From Desulfotalea psychrophila LSv54 (GTDB lineage Bacteria > Desulfobacterota > Desulfobulbia > Desulfobulbales > Desulfocapsaceae): 32,000 nt of DNA. The DNA is taken from the NCBI RefSeq assembly GCF_000025945.1, contig NC_006138.1, positions 1,680,001 through 1,712,000 on the forward strand, read 5' to 3'. A model generated the notes under the pieces. That model was not told the DNA's origin, searched no databases, and worked only from the letters and a program-made list of their open reading frames with translations. This document shows, one piece after another, positions 19,401 to 26,619 of the stretch (positions are counted from its first letter, which is position 1; each line of letters opens with the position of its first letter). A program made the position numbers and the translations under genes.

Positions 19401-21371
19401 GAATTTACCGATGCCAATGCAGGAATCGGTAATAAGGCAGTAAACGTCGATGTTGTCACAGTCAACGACGGGAACAGTGGTAATAACTACGCGGTCATCT
19501 ATGCAAAAAATAGCACCAGCACCATCAATAAGGCTTCCTTGACCATCAGCAGTTCTGATGTGACCAAGACCTATGACGGTAATGTGACGGCAGCGGGTAG
19601 TGCGAAAGTGACTGCCGGTACCCTGTACAACAACGTTAGCAATAAAGGTGTCCTGGATAGTATCAGCGGTGGTAGCTTCGAATTTACCGATGCCAATGCA
19701 GGAATCGGTAATAAGGCAGTAAGCGTCGATGTTGTCACGGTCAACGACGGGAACAGTGGTAATAACTACGCGGTCATCTATGCAAAAAATAGCACCAGCA
19801 CCATCAATAAGGCTTCCCTGACCATCAGCAGTTCCGATGTGACCAAGACCTATGACGGTAATGTGACGGCAGCGGGTAGTGCGAAAGTGACTGCCGGTAC
19901 CCTGTACAACAACGTTAGCAATAAAGGTGTCCTGGATAGTATCAGCGGTGGTAGCTTCGAATTTACCGATGCCAATGCAGGAATCGGTAATAAGGCAGTA
20001 AACGTCGATGTTGTCACAGTCAACGATGGGAACAGTGGTAATAACTACGCGGTCACCTATGCAAACAATACCAGCAGCACCATCAACCCCTATGAGGTTC
20101 ATTTAACAGGCAGTCGTGACTATGACGGAACTGCTGTTGTTGCCTCCGATATTTTCAACACCGGTAGCCTGGTTGGCAGCGAGACCTTGACCTTAAGTGG
20201 CAGTGGTACCATGGCCAGTAAAAACGTGGTCACCAATGGCACCGTTAGCCTTGGTACTCTTGCCCTGGTTGATGACACTGGTCTGGCAAGCAACTACATC
20301 CTTACCGGTGGCACTCAAACGGCTACCATAACTCCGGCATCATTAACCCTGTCCGGTATTACCGCCAAGAATAAGGTTTACAATGCCGATAAAACTGCCA
20401 CTGTAAATACAGGCAGTGCCAATTATACCGGCCTCTTCGCTGGCGATCTTGTAAGCGTAAATGCCAGTGGTCTGTTCAGCGATAAGAACGTCGCCAATGG
20501 TAAGACCGTCACCTTGGCCAGCAGCTATTCAGGCGCAGATATTGGTAACTACAGAATTACCAATCAGGCGACGACCATGGCAAGTATCACTGCTCGCCGA
20601 GTTTTACTTACCGTTGATGGTGCCATGAAGGTGTATGGAGACGCTGACCCGTTGTTTACCAGTGTAGCTGAACTGCAGCAGGGAGACAGAGGGCTTATGG
20701 GTGGAGATTCTCTGAGCGCTACTCTCATACGAAGGGCTGGTGAGAATGTTGGAAGCTACTCCATAGGGTTGGGAACCCTGGCAAATAATAATTATGCAAT
20801 CACCTACCTTGCAGCAGATCTCACCATTAGTCCCGCCACTTTGACCTATGTCGCTGATGCCGTAAATCGTAATTATGGAGATGCTAATCCCTTATTCACC
20901 GGTAAGGTTATAGGCTTTAAGAACAGTGAAACATTGGCCAGTGCCACCGTGGGAGACGCAATATATAGTACGGACGCAACCATCAAGAGTAAGATTGGCA
21001 CCTATGCTATTTATGGTAGTGGACTTACAGGGCTGAACGGTAATTATGTTTTTGTCCAGGACGTAAATAACGTAAGCGCTCTCTCCGTTTTGTCTGCAGC
21101 AACTCCTGAGTCATCATTTACGAGCATCATTAATGAAAAGGAAATAGGTGACTTAAGTGATACTTTGACTATGTCGAAGGACAATTTTATGTGTTGTCAG
21201 CCACTATTTTCCATAGAGATTGAAGGGCATGCTGATAGGGATGCCGGGAACGAAATAGCAGAACTTTTTAGTTCTGAGATTCAATTTGAAGAAGATCTAA
21301 CAGGTTTTGGCAGGTACTCTTTGGGTGAGGAAGGTGATGGCCAGCAGTCTGTCAGGAATTATTTGCATTAA
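10485..21371 (+). CDS. Giant TpsA-family (filamentous haemagglutinin-like) secreted adhesin with TPS domain and YDG/MBG repeats
   Basis: 3628 aa; signal-like LCKKSIALTLAATMMLPLTVIA, then TPS domain (NPTGEQVVTGSASFNRSHNRLDINQGTNSAIINWQDFSIGAGETTKFIQPSATSAVLNRVVSGNPSQIYGNLTANGQVYLVNQNGILVGPSG), long beta-rich Gly/Ser/Thr repeats, YDG and MBG-type modules at the C-terminal part; tpsB-like gene downstream. Confidence 0.95.
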   Translation: MRVRLRMTGWSLFSERSVLVLCKKSIALTLAATMMLPLTVIANPTGEQVVTGSASFNRSHNRLDINQGTNSAIINWQDFSIGAGETTKFIQPSATSAVLNRVVSGNPSQIYGNLTANGQVYLVNQNGILVGPSGMVDTKGFVASTLDVANEAFLAGGDLTFFGDSGANLINLGMINAVEGDVLLIAHSVQNAGTITAKEGTVALAAGSEVLVCASGEKRIYIRAGASDGKVENSGLIDSVSAELKALGGNEFALAVNNTGLVRATALEERGGRIWLVSATGTTENSGTLTAKRGDKGGEVQVLGDRVALTGSSLIDVSGDSGGGTALVGGDYQGKNSAVKNAVKTYVGKKTLIRADAGYNGHGGKVIVWADEGTQFAGTISARGGAEGGDGGFAEVSGKKVLAYQGTTDLRAPAGETGTLLLDPYSITIQERGDFPTPPFEPTKDKSIIGVDVLQGALASGNVTISTHGDGLGTQDGDITVLAPIEWSSGSDLVMEAANDIFINADISSLGSGTVTIKGASIAINNSIRTKGGNLNLTASIGTVTMADGASLTTTAEENSLTSSGSVTVTAETAISLQDIITTGASNAPFSSSAGGSIMIAGRSISLHGNLAATSASGTGGSVDLNGLVVLTADCSVTTNAAAVNFTSSIDSDGTPHSLAIEAGGGTVVFKGAIGQMAPLASLTVTSASQVDIEKNVTTNSTGGLSVTSSTIRLGDDDDLPPGSDAMTINTLVSAGPVSLNASNIYLDDAVTFVRGSGAIIFTGNLTSQAGKHHHLTFIGTGGGAITVTGEIGAIDHRLGNILVNSVTDLTFSGQVFAGSLVSLNGTGQVNIGGVQGYDDANGLQLETSGTANAFADDENIIIHSDVTLSNPAAPLSISTPMGNIDIVDNAKLTTEGGSISLSAGGEALTLGEATELNSKGGAINLSAGGGVLTLGELTKLNSTGGAISLSAGGGALTLKNATELNSKGGGISLSAEGGALTLGGTAKLESTSGLISLTGKGVLQSANSVIKTHAGSIYIDGGASPITLAGLVQSTDAGEIKIVNATDVILNFIGTFGTVILGEVGKELTGTVSQPAGGIIYASTLMGDAHEVTIMNSMIGNLGAFKATGAMTLQDNKGPSTAAGLKLTGNVTVGAASTIETRDGLLDLGAFSLNAAGFGLSLTGVGVSQGDGSAILASTADINGGSGDISLFSAFNDFTGQVRVNSSGSQVSIRDANQLSMKTLGKLAATTSIKAWAGTTLLLTLEDIATTSGNIEFCSLNGDLSTPGKLATGSGSVLVSAKNQVTLSRSIISTSGDLKVDAATITQSSGSSVEPLLLKTGSAGTITVTATDGIVMGQYCSYLSDTGTIAIKTGGSADLADITSNGTLTVNAVGSVQQTGAGILHAAQLSITAKDVELKNANEVDTLAADLSGNLAFVNNQTLTVGSVDSTVGISAKASVLLRTTDGDLFLEQTVTGGSDIVLVSAENFTNNVDKDALSVGVGNSWQVWSKTPTLPGALKGLVPNFKQYNATYGTTSVATGATGNGLLYTLAPKLTVALQGAVERSYNGGVDATLAQDNYLIAGSLTGDSVVLSTAGKFENKHVDDNKKITVNVTIDSASQGGILVYGYQLATGSELIEAKIGKIIPVNLTITTDAVSKTYDGSFNASGQAAVASGTLFDTDSISGGTFAFTNANAGIGNKVVTVSDVTVTDGNGGSNYLVNYAKNSTSTINKASLTISSSDVTKTYDGNVTAAGSAKVTAGTLYNNVSNKGVLDSISGGSFEFTDANAGIGNKAVSVDVVTVNDGNSGNNYAVIYAKNSTSTINKASLTISSSDVTKTYDGNVTAAGSAKVTAGTLYNNVSNKGVLDSISGGSFEFTDANAGIGNKAVSVDVVTVNDGNSGNNYAVIYAKNSTSTINKASLTISSSDVTKTYDGNVTAAGSAKVTAGTLYNNVSNKGVLDSISGGSFEFTDANAGIGNKAVSVDVVTVNDGNSGNNYAVIYAKNSTSTINKASLTISSSDVTKTYDGNVKAAGSAKVTAGTLYNNVSNKGVLDSISGGSFEFTDANAGIGNKAVNVDVVTVNDGNSGNNYAVIYAKNSTSTINKASLTISSSDVTKTYDGNVKAAGSAKVTAGTLYNNVSNKGVLDSISGGSFEFTDANAGIGNKAVNVDVVTVNDGNSGNNYAVIYANNSTSTINKASLTISSSDVTKTYDGNVKAAGSAKVTAGTLYNNVSNKGVLDSISGGSFEFTDANAGIGNKAVNVDVVTVNDGNSGNNYAVIYAKNSTSTINKASLTISSSDVTKTYDGNVTAAGSAKVTAGTLYNNVSNKGVLDSISGGSFEFTDANAGIGNKAVNVDVVTVNDGNSGNNYAVIYANNSTSTINKASLTISSSDVTKTYDGNVKAAGSAKVTAGTLYNNVSNKGVLDSISGGSFEFTDANAGIGNKAVNVDVVTVNDGNSGNNYAVIYAKNSTSTINKASLTISSSDVTKTYDGNVTAAGSAKVTAGTLYNNVSNKGVLDSISGGSFEFTDANAGIGNKAVNVDVVTVNDGNSGNNYAVIYANNSTSTINKASLTISSSDVTKTYDGNVTAAGSAKVTAGTLYNNVSNKGVLDSISGGSFEFTDANAGIGNKAVNVDVVTVNDGNSGNNYAVIYAKNSTSTINKASLTISSSDVTKTYDGNVTAAGSAKVTAGTLYNNVSNKGVLDSISGGSFEFTDANAGIGNKAVSVDVVTVNDGNSGNNYAVIYAKNSTSTINKASLTISSSDVTKTYDGNVTAAGSAKVTAGTLYNNVSNKGVLDSISGGSFEFTDANAGIGNKAVSVDVVTVNDGNSGNNYAVIYAKNSTSTINKASLTISSSDVTKTYDGNVKAAGSAKVTAGTLYNNVSNKGVLDSISGGSFEFTDANAGIGNKAVNVDVVTVNDGNSGNNYAVIYANNSTSTINKASLTISSSDVTKTYDGNVTAAGSAKVTAGTLYNNVSNKGVLDSISGGSFEFTDANAGIGNKAVNVDVVTVNDGNSGNNYAVIYAKNSTSTINKASLTISSSDVTKTYDGNVTAAGSAKVTAGTLYNNVSNKGVLDSISGGSFEFTDANAGIGNKAVSVDVVTVNDGNSGNNYAVIYAKNSTSTINKASLTISSSDVTKTYDGNVTAAGSAKVTAGTLYNNVSNKGVLDSISGGSFEFTDANAGIGNKAVNVDVVTVNDGNSGNNYAVTYANNTSSTINPYEVHLTGSRDYDGTAVVASDIFNTGSLVGSETLTLSGSGTMASKNVVTNGTVSLGTLALVDDTGLASNYILTGGTQTATITPASLTLSGITAKNKVYNADKTATVNTGSANYTGLFAGDLVSVNASGLFSDKNVANGKTVTLASSYSGADIGNYRITNQATTMASITARRVLLTVDGAMKVYGDADPLFTSVAELQQGDRGLMGGDSLSATLIRRAGENVGSYSIGLGTLANNNYAITYLAADLTISPATLTYVADAVNRNYGDANPLFTGKVIGFKNSETLASATVGDAIYSTDATIKSKIGTYAIYGSGLTGLNGNYVFVQDVNNVSALSVLSAATPESSFTSIINEKEIGDLSDTLTMSKDNFMCCQPLFSIEIEGHADRDAGNEIAELFSSEIQFEEDLTGFGRYSLGEEGDGQQSVRNYLH
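13132..13460 (+). repeat. Four degenerate tandem copies of a 72-bp (24-aa) unit GGxISLSAGGxALTLxxxTELNSK containing poly-G tracts
   Basis: The ISLSA core recurs every 72 bp (anchor positions 13180, 13252, 13324, 13396). G runs: G6 at 13172-13177, G8 at 13244-13251, G8 at 13316-13323, G10 at 13388-13397. Outer boundaries approximate. Confidence 0.85.
15355..15600 (+). repeat. Diverged YDG module preceding the homogeneous array
   Basis: Encodes IIPVNLTITTDAVSKTYDGSFNASGQAAVASGTLFDTDSISGGTFAFTNANAGIGNKVVTVSDVTVTDGNGGSNYLVNYA, alignable to the 93-aa unit but clearly diverged and shorter. Confidence 0.8.
15601..20064 (+). repeat. 16 near-identical direct tandem repeats of 279 bp (93 aa) in the adhesin gene
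   Basis: Unit K/NNSTSTINKASLTISSSDVTKTYDGNV(T/K)AAGSAKVTAGTLYNNVSNKGVLDSISGGSFEFTDANAGIGNKAV(S/N)VDVVTVNDGNSGNNYAVIYA; the junction TATGCAA recurs from 15600 to 20064, i.e. 4464 bp = 16 x 279. Confidence 0.97.
20077..21105 (+). other. C-terminal run of diverged YDG/MBG-type modules of the adhesin
   Basis: HLTGSRDYDGTAVV, LTLSGITAKNKVYNADKTATV, LLTVDGAMKVYGDADPLFT, LTYVADAVNRNYGDANPLFTG: typical YDG / 'VYGDxxPxFT' MBG motifs. Confidence 0.8.
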
Positions 21372-22030
21372 AGAGAGGCTGTGACTTACTCGCTTTAAAC
21401 GGGGATGGACGATATGACAGTTCATGGTGGCTCTGGGGAGGATGGAAAATTTCAGGCTCTTCCAGAGTTGACGTTTATCAGATACAGGTGGCGAGGGGGT
21501 GCAGCTGAAAGGTGGTCAGGGCGGACATAGGTATCTGCCAGTTAATTACTGCTTTCTTCAATAATCTGTGGCCTTAAGGTGTTTTTCCTGATCTTTTTTA
21601 CAAAATACCCATCAAAAATTTGTTTATGGCGTTATTTCTTTTTTATTCCAAACAATTAGAAGAGACTTTCTGCGAAAGTCAACTTATTAGAAAATTTCAT
21701 ATTCAGCATATTGACCCTGATTTGGGAATTAGCGGGGCGCGAGCATGTTTTGAAATTATTCATTGTTTTGTGAAAACACCTGTGATTTAATGATGTTAGC
21801 GTCTTGGCCTTGTGGGGGGGCGTTTAAGGACCTCAGGGAAGAGCATGGTTTTGCCATTGAAAAAATTTCTGATCATGCCAGGATCGTTCCTTGCTAGTAC
21901 TTGAAGCCTTTGTTGGGGATGGTTGGTTGTCATGAGGATAACAGGTAGAAATAATTTTTGATCAGGTGAGGCCTTTGCATTAAACCTTCTCTGGGACGAA
22001 TAATAGAAGGATAATCAAGGGAGAATTTGA

Positions 22031-23002
22031 ATGGCATTAGTATTTTGCCCACGTTTTCTGCAGGCGTTGACCACTGGGCTGGCGTTGCTTGCTGTTGTTT
22101 CCCCAACCAGTTATGCCCAGGATCTTAAACTCGTGGCTCCTAAAAGACTTGAGAGTAATGCAAACCCTGTTAACTTTCCGTCAGATGTTCCTGCTCAGGA
22201 GATTGAATTGGCCAATCCTCAACGTGTTCTTTTAGAACGTTTAACCGGGTTGATTTTTTTGAAATCCCCGGAAAAAGTTCTTCAGGGCGGGGTTGAGATG
22301 GAGGGCATATCGGCAGATGGATATATGCCCGAATCGGTTTTTGCAGAGATGGAGGCTTTTTTGAATAAACCTCTGAGCTTAGAAAAACTTGACGATATAT
22401 TGAAAAAGGCTGTGCTCTATTTTCGTTCTCAGGAAACACCCGTCGTTGATGTCTATGTGCCCGAACAGGATATCTCAGGTGGGACAATTCAAATTGTTGT
22501 TCTGGAAGGTCGTATTGGCGAGATACGAACCGAGGGGAATGAATGGTTTTCCAGTGAACTGATAGAAAAGCATGTGCGGGCTAAACCTGGTGATATTATT
22601 CGTGGTGATCAGCTGGCTGAAGATATTTACCTAGCGAATAAAAACCCCTTTCGCAGGGTTGATTTGGTGCTCGACCGGGGTGAAAAACGGGGTGAAACAG
22701 ATGTCATCTTACGCACAGAGGATAGATTTCCCCTCCGTCTGTATGGCGGATATGAAAACACCGGCACCGCATATACAGGCTATGATCGTTATTTTGTTGG
22801 CCTGAATTGGGGGAATGCATTCGGTTTAGATCATTTACTTGATTATCAGTTCACCAGCAGTGCTGATTATAAGGGCATGAGTGCGCATTCTCTTCATTAC
22901 GAAGTTCCATTAAGTTATCAACATACAATAAGCTTTTTTGCAGCTTATGCAGAGAGCAATCCCAACTTTGACCCCTATGATTTAGAGGCAGATAGTTTTT
23001 AA
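22031..23002 (+). pseudogene. TpsB/ShlB/FhaC-family outer-membrane transporter, N-terminal part (signal peptide, POTRA, start of barrel), ends at in-frame TAA
   Basis: Signal peptide; POTRA-like VVDVYVPEQDISGGTIQIVVLEGRIGEIRTEGN...VRAKPGDIIRGDQLAEDIYLANKNPFRRVDLVL; barrel entry RLYGGYENTGTAYTGYDRYFVGLNWGNAFGLDHLLDYQFTSS; stops at TAA 23000-23002, in the same frame as the downstream ORF. Confidence 0.8.
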
Positions 23003-23758
23003 TTAAGTGGTCGATACATAATGGACTTGGATTCTGTGAATAAGTATCTCCATAGCGTGTTTCTTGGAGTTGACTATAAATATAGTAACAGTAATCTTGG
23101 TTTTGCTCTCCTGCCTGTATTTAATAAAGATGTAGAAATATTGCAGGGTATTGTTGGTTATAATGGTTCTTTACCGGATCATTTGGGAATGACAGCATTT
23201 AATTTTCAGACTGTGCTGAGCCCTGGGGGGTTATTGCGATATAACACTGATTATTACTTCAACTCCTTTCAAGAGGGTGCCTCTGCAGATTATCTCTATT
23301 GTAATCTTGATATTGATAGATTAACGGCCCTGCCATATGGCTTTACTTTGAGCAATAAGGCCCATGGACAGTTGGCTAATGGCCAGCTTCTCGGTAGTGA
23401 GCAGATAGGACTTGGCGGTTACTCTACTGTTCGGGGCTTTCCTGAGCGTGAGGTGAATATTGATAGTGGAGTGCTGTTAAGAAATGAACTACGCACACCA
23501 ACCATTGCCCTTGCGGAGCTGGTGGATTATTCGAAATCGTTGGGGGATTTACAGTTGTTAGCTTTTTGGGATTATGGTTCCGGACGTAACGATTATGAGG
23601 GAGAGAATCAAACTCTTTCAGGTTATGGTTTAGGTCTGCGTTATAACTTTGGCTCTTATGTTTCATTGCGTCTTGATTATGGCTTTCAAGGTAGTGGTAG
23701 AGATATTTACAAGAATGAAGACTCTCAGCTTCATGTTGGATTGGTGATTGGTTACTAA
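23003..23758 (+). pseudogene. Remainder of the TpsB/FhaC-like barrel, in frame after the TAA (ORF with Met start at 23021)
   Basis: Reads LSGRYIMDLDSVNKYLHSVFLGVDYKYSNSN... through the VRGFPEREVNIDSGVLLRNELRTP motif to a barrel C-terminus ending in Tyr (LRLDYGFQGSGRD...LHVGLVIGY). Confidence 0.8.
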
Positions 23759-23779
23759 CTTAATCTTGAGGAGGGCTTT

Positions 23780-24259
23780 ATGTGTTTAGGTAGAAAATCT
23801 ATGGGAGTTTTGGGCTTATTTATGGCTGTACTGTTCCTGTGTGCCTGTAATCCGGTTTCAGCTGAAAAGAAGAAAGAAGAGGCGAAAACTAAGGTGGAGA
23901 ACCCTCAGCAGGTGGAACAGAAATTAGTAAAAGTGAGTACATTGGATTCCGTCGAGGCTAATAAGGAATTTCAAAAGAATGTTCAGGTCATGCAGCTGCA
24001 GCGCCAGCGAGTTATTCAGCTACAAAATCAGTTGAAGCAGACTCAGACCAAGGAATTAAAGATGAGCCTGCAAAAAGAGATTGAAGTTGCAATGAAGAAG
24101 CTCAATGAAGATAATAAGAAAATGATAGAGACTTACGGGTTTTCTTTAAACAGGAACTATGTGCTGGTGGTTGAAAAGGCCCATGTTTATATGGCTGTTT
24201 CAGATGAAGAAAATAAGAAAATTGTAGCTGAGCATAAGCAAAGTAAGAAGAAAAAATAG
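23780..24259 (+). CDS. Predicted lipoprotein, Lys/Gln-rich coiled-coil-like, downstream of tpsB
   Basis: Signal peptide with lipobox-like LFLCAC; charged helical body VQVMQLQRQRVIQLQNQLKQTQTKELKMSLQKEIEVAMKKLNEDNKK. Confidence 0.75.
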   Translation: MCLGRKSMGVLGLFMAVLFLCACNPVSAEKKKEEAKTKVENPQQVEQKLVKVSTLDSVEANKEFQKNVQVMQLQRQRVIQLQNQLKQTQTKELKMSLQKEIEVAMKKLNEDNKKMIETYGFSLNRNYVLVVEKAHVYMAVSDEENKKIVAEHKQSKKKK

Positions 24260-24320
24260 GCAGTGGAAGGTTGTACTTATGATCTGATTTTAGCAATGTC
24301 GTTAACAGCCTTACAGTTTG

Positions 24321-24345
24321 GGAGGCCCTGCGGGGCAGGACCTCC
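24321..24345. terminator. Possible terminator hairpin between convergent genes
   Basis: GGAGGcCCTG-CGGGG-CAGGaCCTCC stem with one mismatch; weak T tract, so uncertain. Confidence 0.4.
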
Positions 24346-24368
24346 TGGGGCAATAGACCATCGAAGAT

Positions 24369-26072
24369 TTAGCAGGTTTTGAACTGTGAAATAAGGCCGT
24401 TGAGTTTAGTTGCCAGTTCTGCCAGTTGGCTTGACGCCTCTCTTACCCCGGAGCTACTGCCCTTTATTGTCGTGGCTGATTCATTTACTCCGACAATGTC
24501 CATGGTGATGCTTTGGGACACTGCTGTAATTTGACTGATATTTTCATTGACCTCCTGTATACCTTCGGAGGTTTGATTGATATTTGCCGTTATCTCAGCA
24601 GTGGCACTTGACTGTTCCTCAACGGCAGTTGCGATTACATTGACGATTTTATTGATTTCCGAGATAACCTGAGAGACAGATTCGAGCTGGTCCACGGTGA
24701 GATTGGTGGTTTTCTGGATATCTTCAATCTTCACCTTGATATCCATGGTTGCCTCAGCAGTCTGTTTTGCAAGTTCTTTGATTTCGTTTGCGACCACGGC
24801 AAATCCCTTGCCACTCTCTCCTGCCCGTGCCGCTTCTATGGTTGCATTGAGGGCGAGAAGGTTTGTCTGCTCTGAGATATCTGTAATAGTCTCGGTGACA
24901 TGGCTGATGTCCTGGGCGGCCTTGCCCAGGTTGGCCATGGAGGCGGTTGCGCTTGCCGCCTGATTAACGGCCCCGGCGGAAATTTCCCGGGCCTTATCTG
25001 CATTATTTGAAATTTCACTGATAGTTGCAGACATCTCTTCGGTAGATGCGGCAACCATTGAGGTATTTGTTGTTGCCTGGTCCATGGCTGCGGCCACGGT
25101 AGTGAGGTTGGTTGTCATCTCCTCTATGGCAACTGAAACCGAGTGAGATTTTTCTGAAGTATTCTCGGCCTCATCGCCCATTTCTCCAGAAATTTTATCA
25201 AGCTGATCAGATTTGCCATTGAGCGATGTAATTCCCTTGCCCATTTCTTGGAGGGTTTCCTTCAGCTGGAGGGACATCTTGTTGAGTGCATCAAGGAGGG
25301 CTCCAACTTCATCCCTGCGGGAATGGCTAATGGTACTGCTGAAATCCCCTTGGGAGACTTGGCCTGCAAATGCTACAGCTTGGGCCATGGGTTTGGTGAT
25401 CATAGCGGTTATAATCAGACCTAGCGCAACGCCAATGATTAAACCCGTGCAAACAAGGATGGCTATAAGGGTCTTTGCCTTTGAACTTGCGCTTCGATTC
25501 TCTGCAATTACCTCATCTGTCATGATATCTGCTGCCTTTTGCAGGGCCTTGAGGCCGTTTTCAAAGGAGTAGAGGGCCTCCTTGTGGTGAGTCATCAGCC
25601 TGTTTGCCTCCTGAGGGCTAAGGTTATGGTCGTTTCTCACCCTGGCAACCACCTGTGAAAATCCGGCAACATACTCATTATAGGCTCTGATTGTATCCCT
25701 GAGTTCCGCCTTAAGGGCGGGGGGGAGATGGGGGTTTTTGTCGACAAGTTCTCTTACGGCTCTGAGCAGCTCTTTGGTTGTTCTATTGGTTTTTCTGAAT
25801 TTTTCAATATATCCTGCCTGCTTCTCAGCCTTGCCGATATTGAGAAAAAAATCTTTCTCATAGCGTCGATGGGTGAGTCCAAGGGCGATGAGCTGCTCTG
25901 CATTGAGGAGTATCATGACGTCGTCTTGTAACAAAATTTCTGTTGAGTCCACCGCCTTGTTTATAGTGATAAAGCCCTGTAGGCCGACGGCTAGGCTGAT
26001 CAGGGATGAAAGTAGGAAGCCTAGGAGCAGTTTCTTTTTTAGCGAAAGGTTGTTTAACAGGTTGAAATTCAT
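24369..26072 (-). CDS. Methyl-accepting chemotaxis protein (TM-periplasmic sensor-HAMP-MCP signal domain)
   Basis: Hairpin tip motif [40 protein letters not shown]; HAMP region after the second TM ([29 protein letters not shown]). Confidence 0.95.
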   Translation of the reverse strand: MNFNLLNNLSLKKKLLLGFLLSSLISLAVGLQGFITINKAVDSTEILLQDDVMILLNAEQLIALGLTHRRYEKDFFLNIGKAEKQAGYIEKFRKTNRTTKELLRAVRELVDKNPHLPPALKAELRDTIRAYNEYVAGFSQVVARVRNDHNLSPQEANRLMTHHKEALYSFENGLKALQKAADIMTDEVIAENRSASSKAKTLIAILVCTGLIIGVALGLIITAMITKPMAQAVAFAGQVSQGDFSSTISHSRRDEVGALLDALNKMSLQLKETLQEMGKGITSLNGKSDQLDKISGEMGDEAENTSEKSHSVSVAIEEMTTNLTTVAAAMDQATTNTSMVAASTEEMSATISEISNNADKAREISAGAVNQAASATASMANLGKAAQDISHVTETITDISEQTNLLALNATIEAARAGESGKGFAVVANEIKELAKQTAEATMDIKVKIEDIQKTTNLTVDQLESVSQVISEINKIVNVIATAVEEQSSATAEITANINQTSEGIQEVNENISQITAVSQSITMDIVGVNESATTIKGSSSGVREASSQLAELATKLNGLISQFKTC

Positions 26073-26619
26073 AGTTGTGGTCCTTTATGTCTTAAAATTG
26101 TTTGTAAATCATGCTCTTAGCAAAAGCTGGAAAGCGTAGAGGAGATGTTCTTGGGCCAGGTCAAACATTCCAGGCCAAAACAGTACAGGAGGTGAATTTG
26201 TAAGGCAAGGTAACATTTTGTAATTCTTAGGCCAATTTATGGAAAAACAAGAGGGATTGCTATGATTTTATTTTGAGAAAGCTCATGAATTAACGAGATT
26301 TCAGGAAGGTAAATTTGTTAGTGGTATTGGTAGGCAGTAAATCTGCAAGGGGGAGCAGGCGGGGCTTTTAAGACAAATATTTTATCTGTAGGCGAAAAGA
26401 GTTGTTTTGGCTGTGGTTGCACCGTTCCAGCAGTAGGAGGCCCCGTGCCTTGCCCTTTCACTGCCGGTGATTTTAGGTTTTTTGCTGTGGTGTTCATATC
26501 TCCCCTTGCCGCCACTTGTCGTCTGGGCTAATAGAGAGGCTGTATAATTATGGCACAGGATCTATTGCCGGGGCAATGGCTCTTCTATGTCAGGGCGCTA
26601 GCTAACGTCCCCCTATAAA

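Noticed and set aside
15601-20064. CRISPR-like or satellite repeat array
   Set aside because: The repeats are 279 bp, contiguous, without spacers, and coding in frame.
15543-20102. Minus-strand 1519-aa ORF as a real repetitive protein gene
   Set aside because: It is fully antisense to the repeat array of a well-supported adhesin gene, and its openness follows from a stop-free 279-bp unit repeated in frame.
22031-23758. Frameshift as the cause of the split tpsB
   Set aside because: Start coordinates 22031 and 23021 are in the same frame (both remainder 2 modulo 3), so the interruption is a nonsense codon and not an indel.
24697-25931. Plus-strand ORFs opposite the chemotaxis receptor
   Set aside because: Antisense to a high-confidence MCP gene; compositionally spurious.
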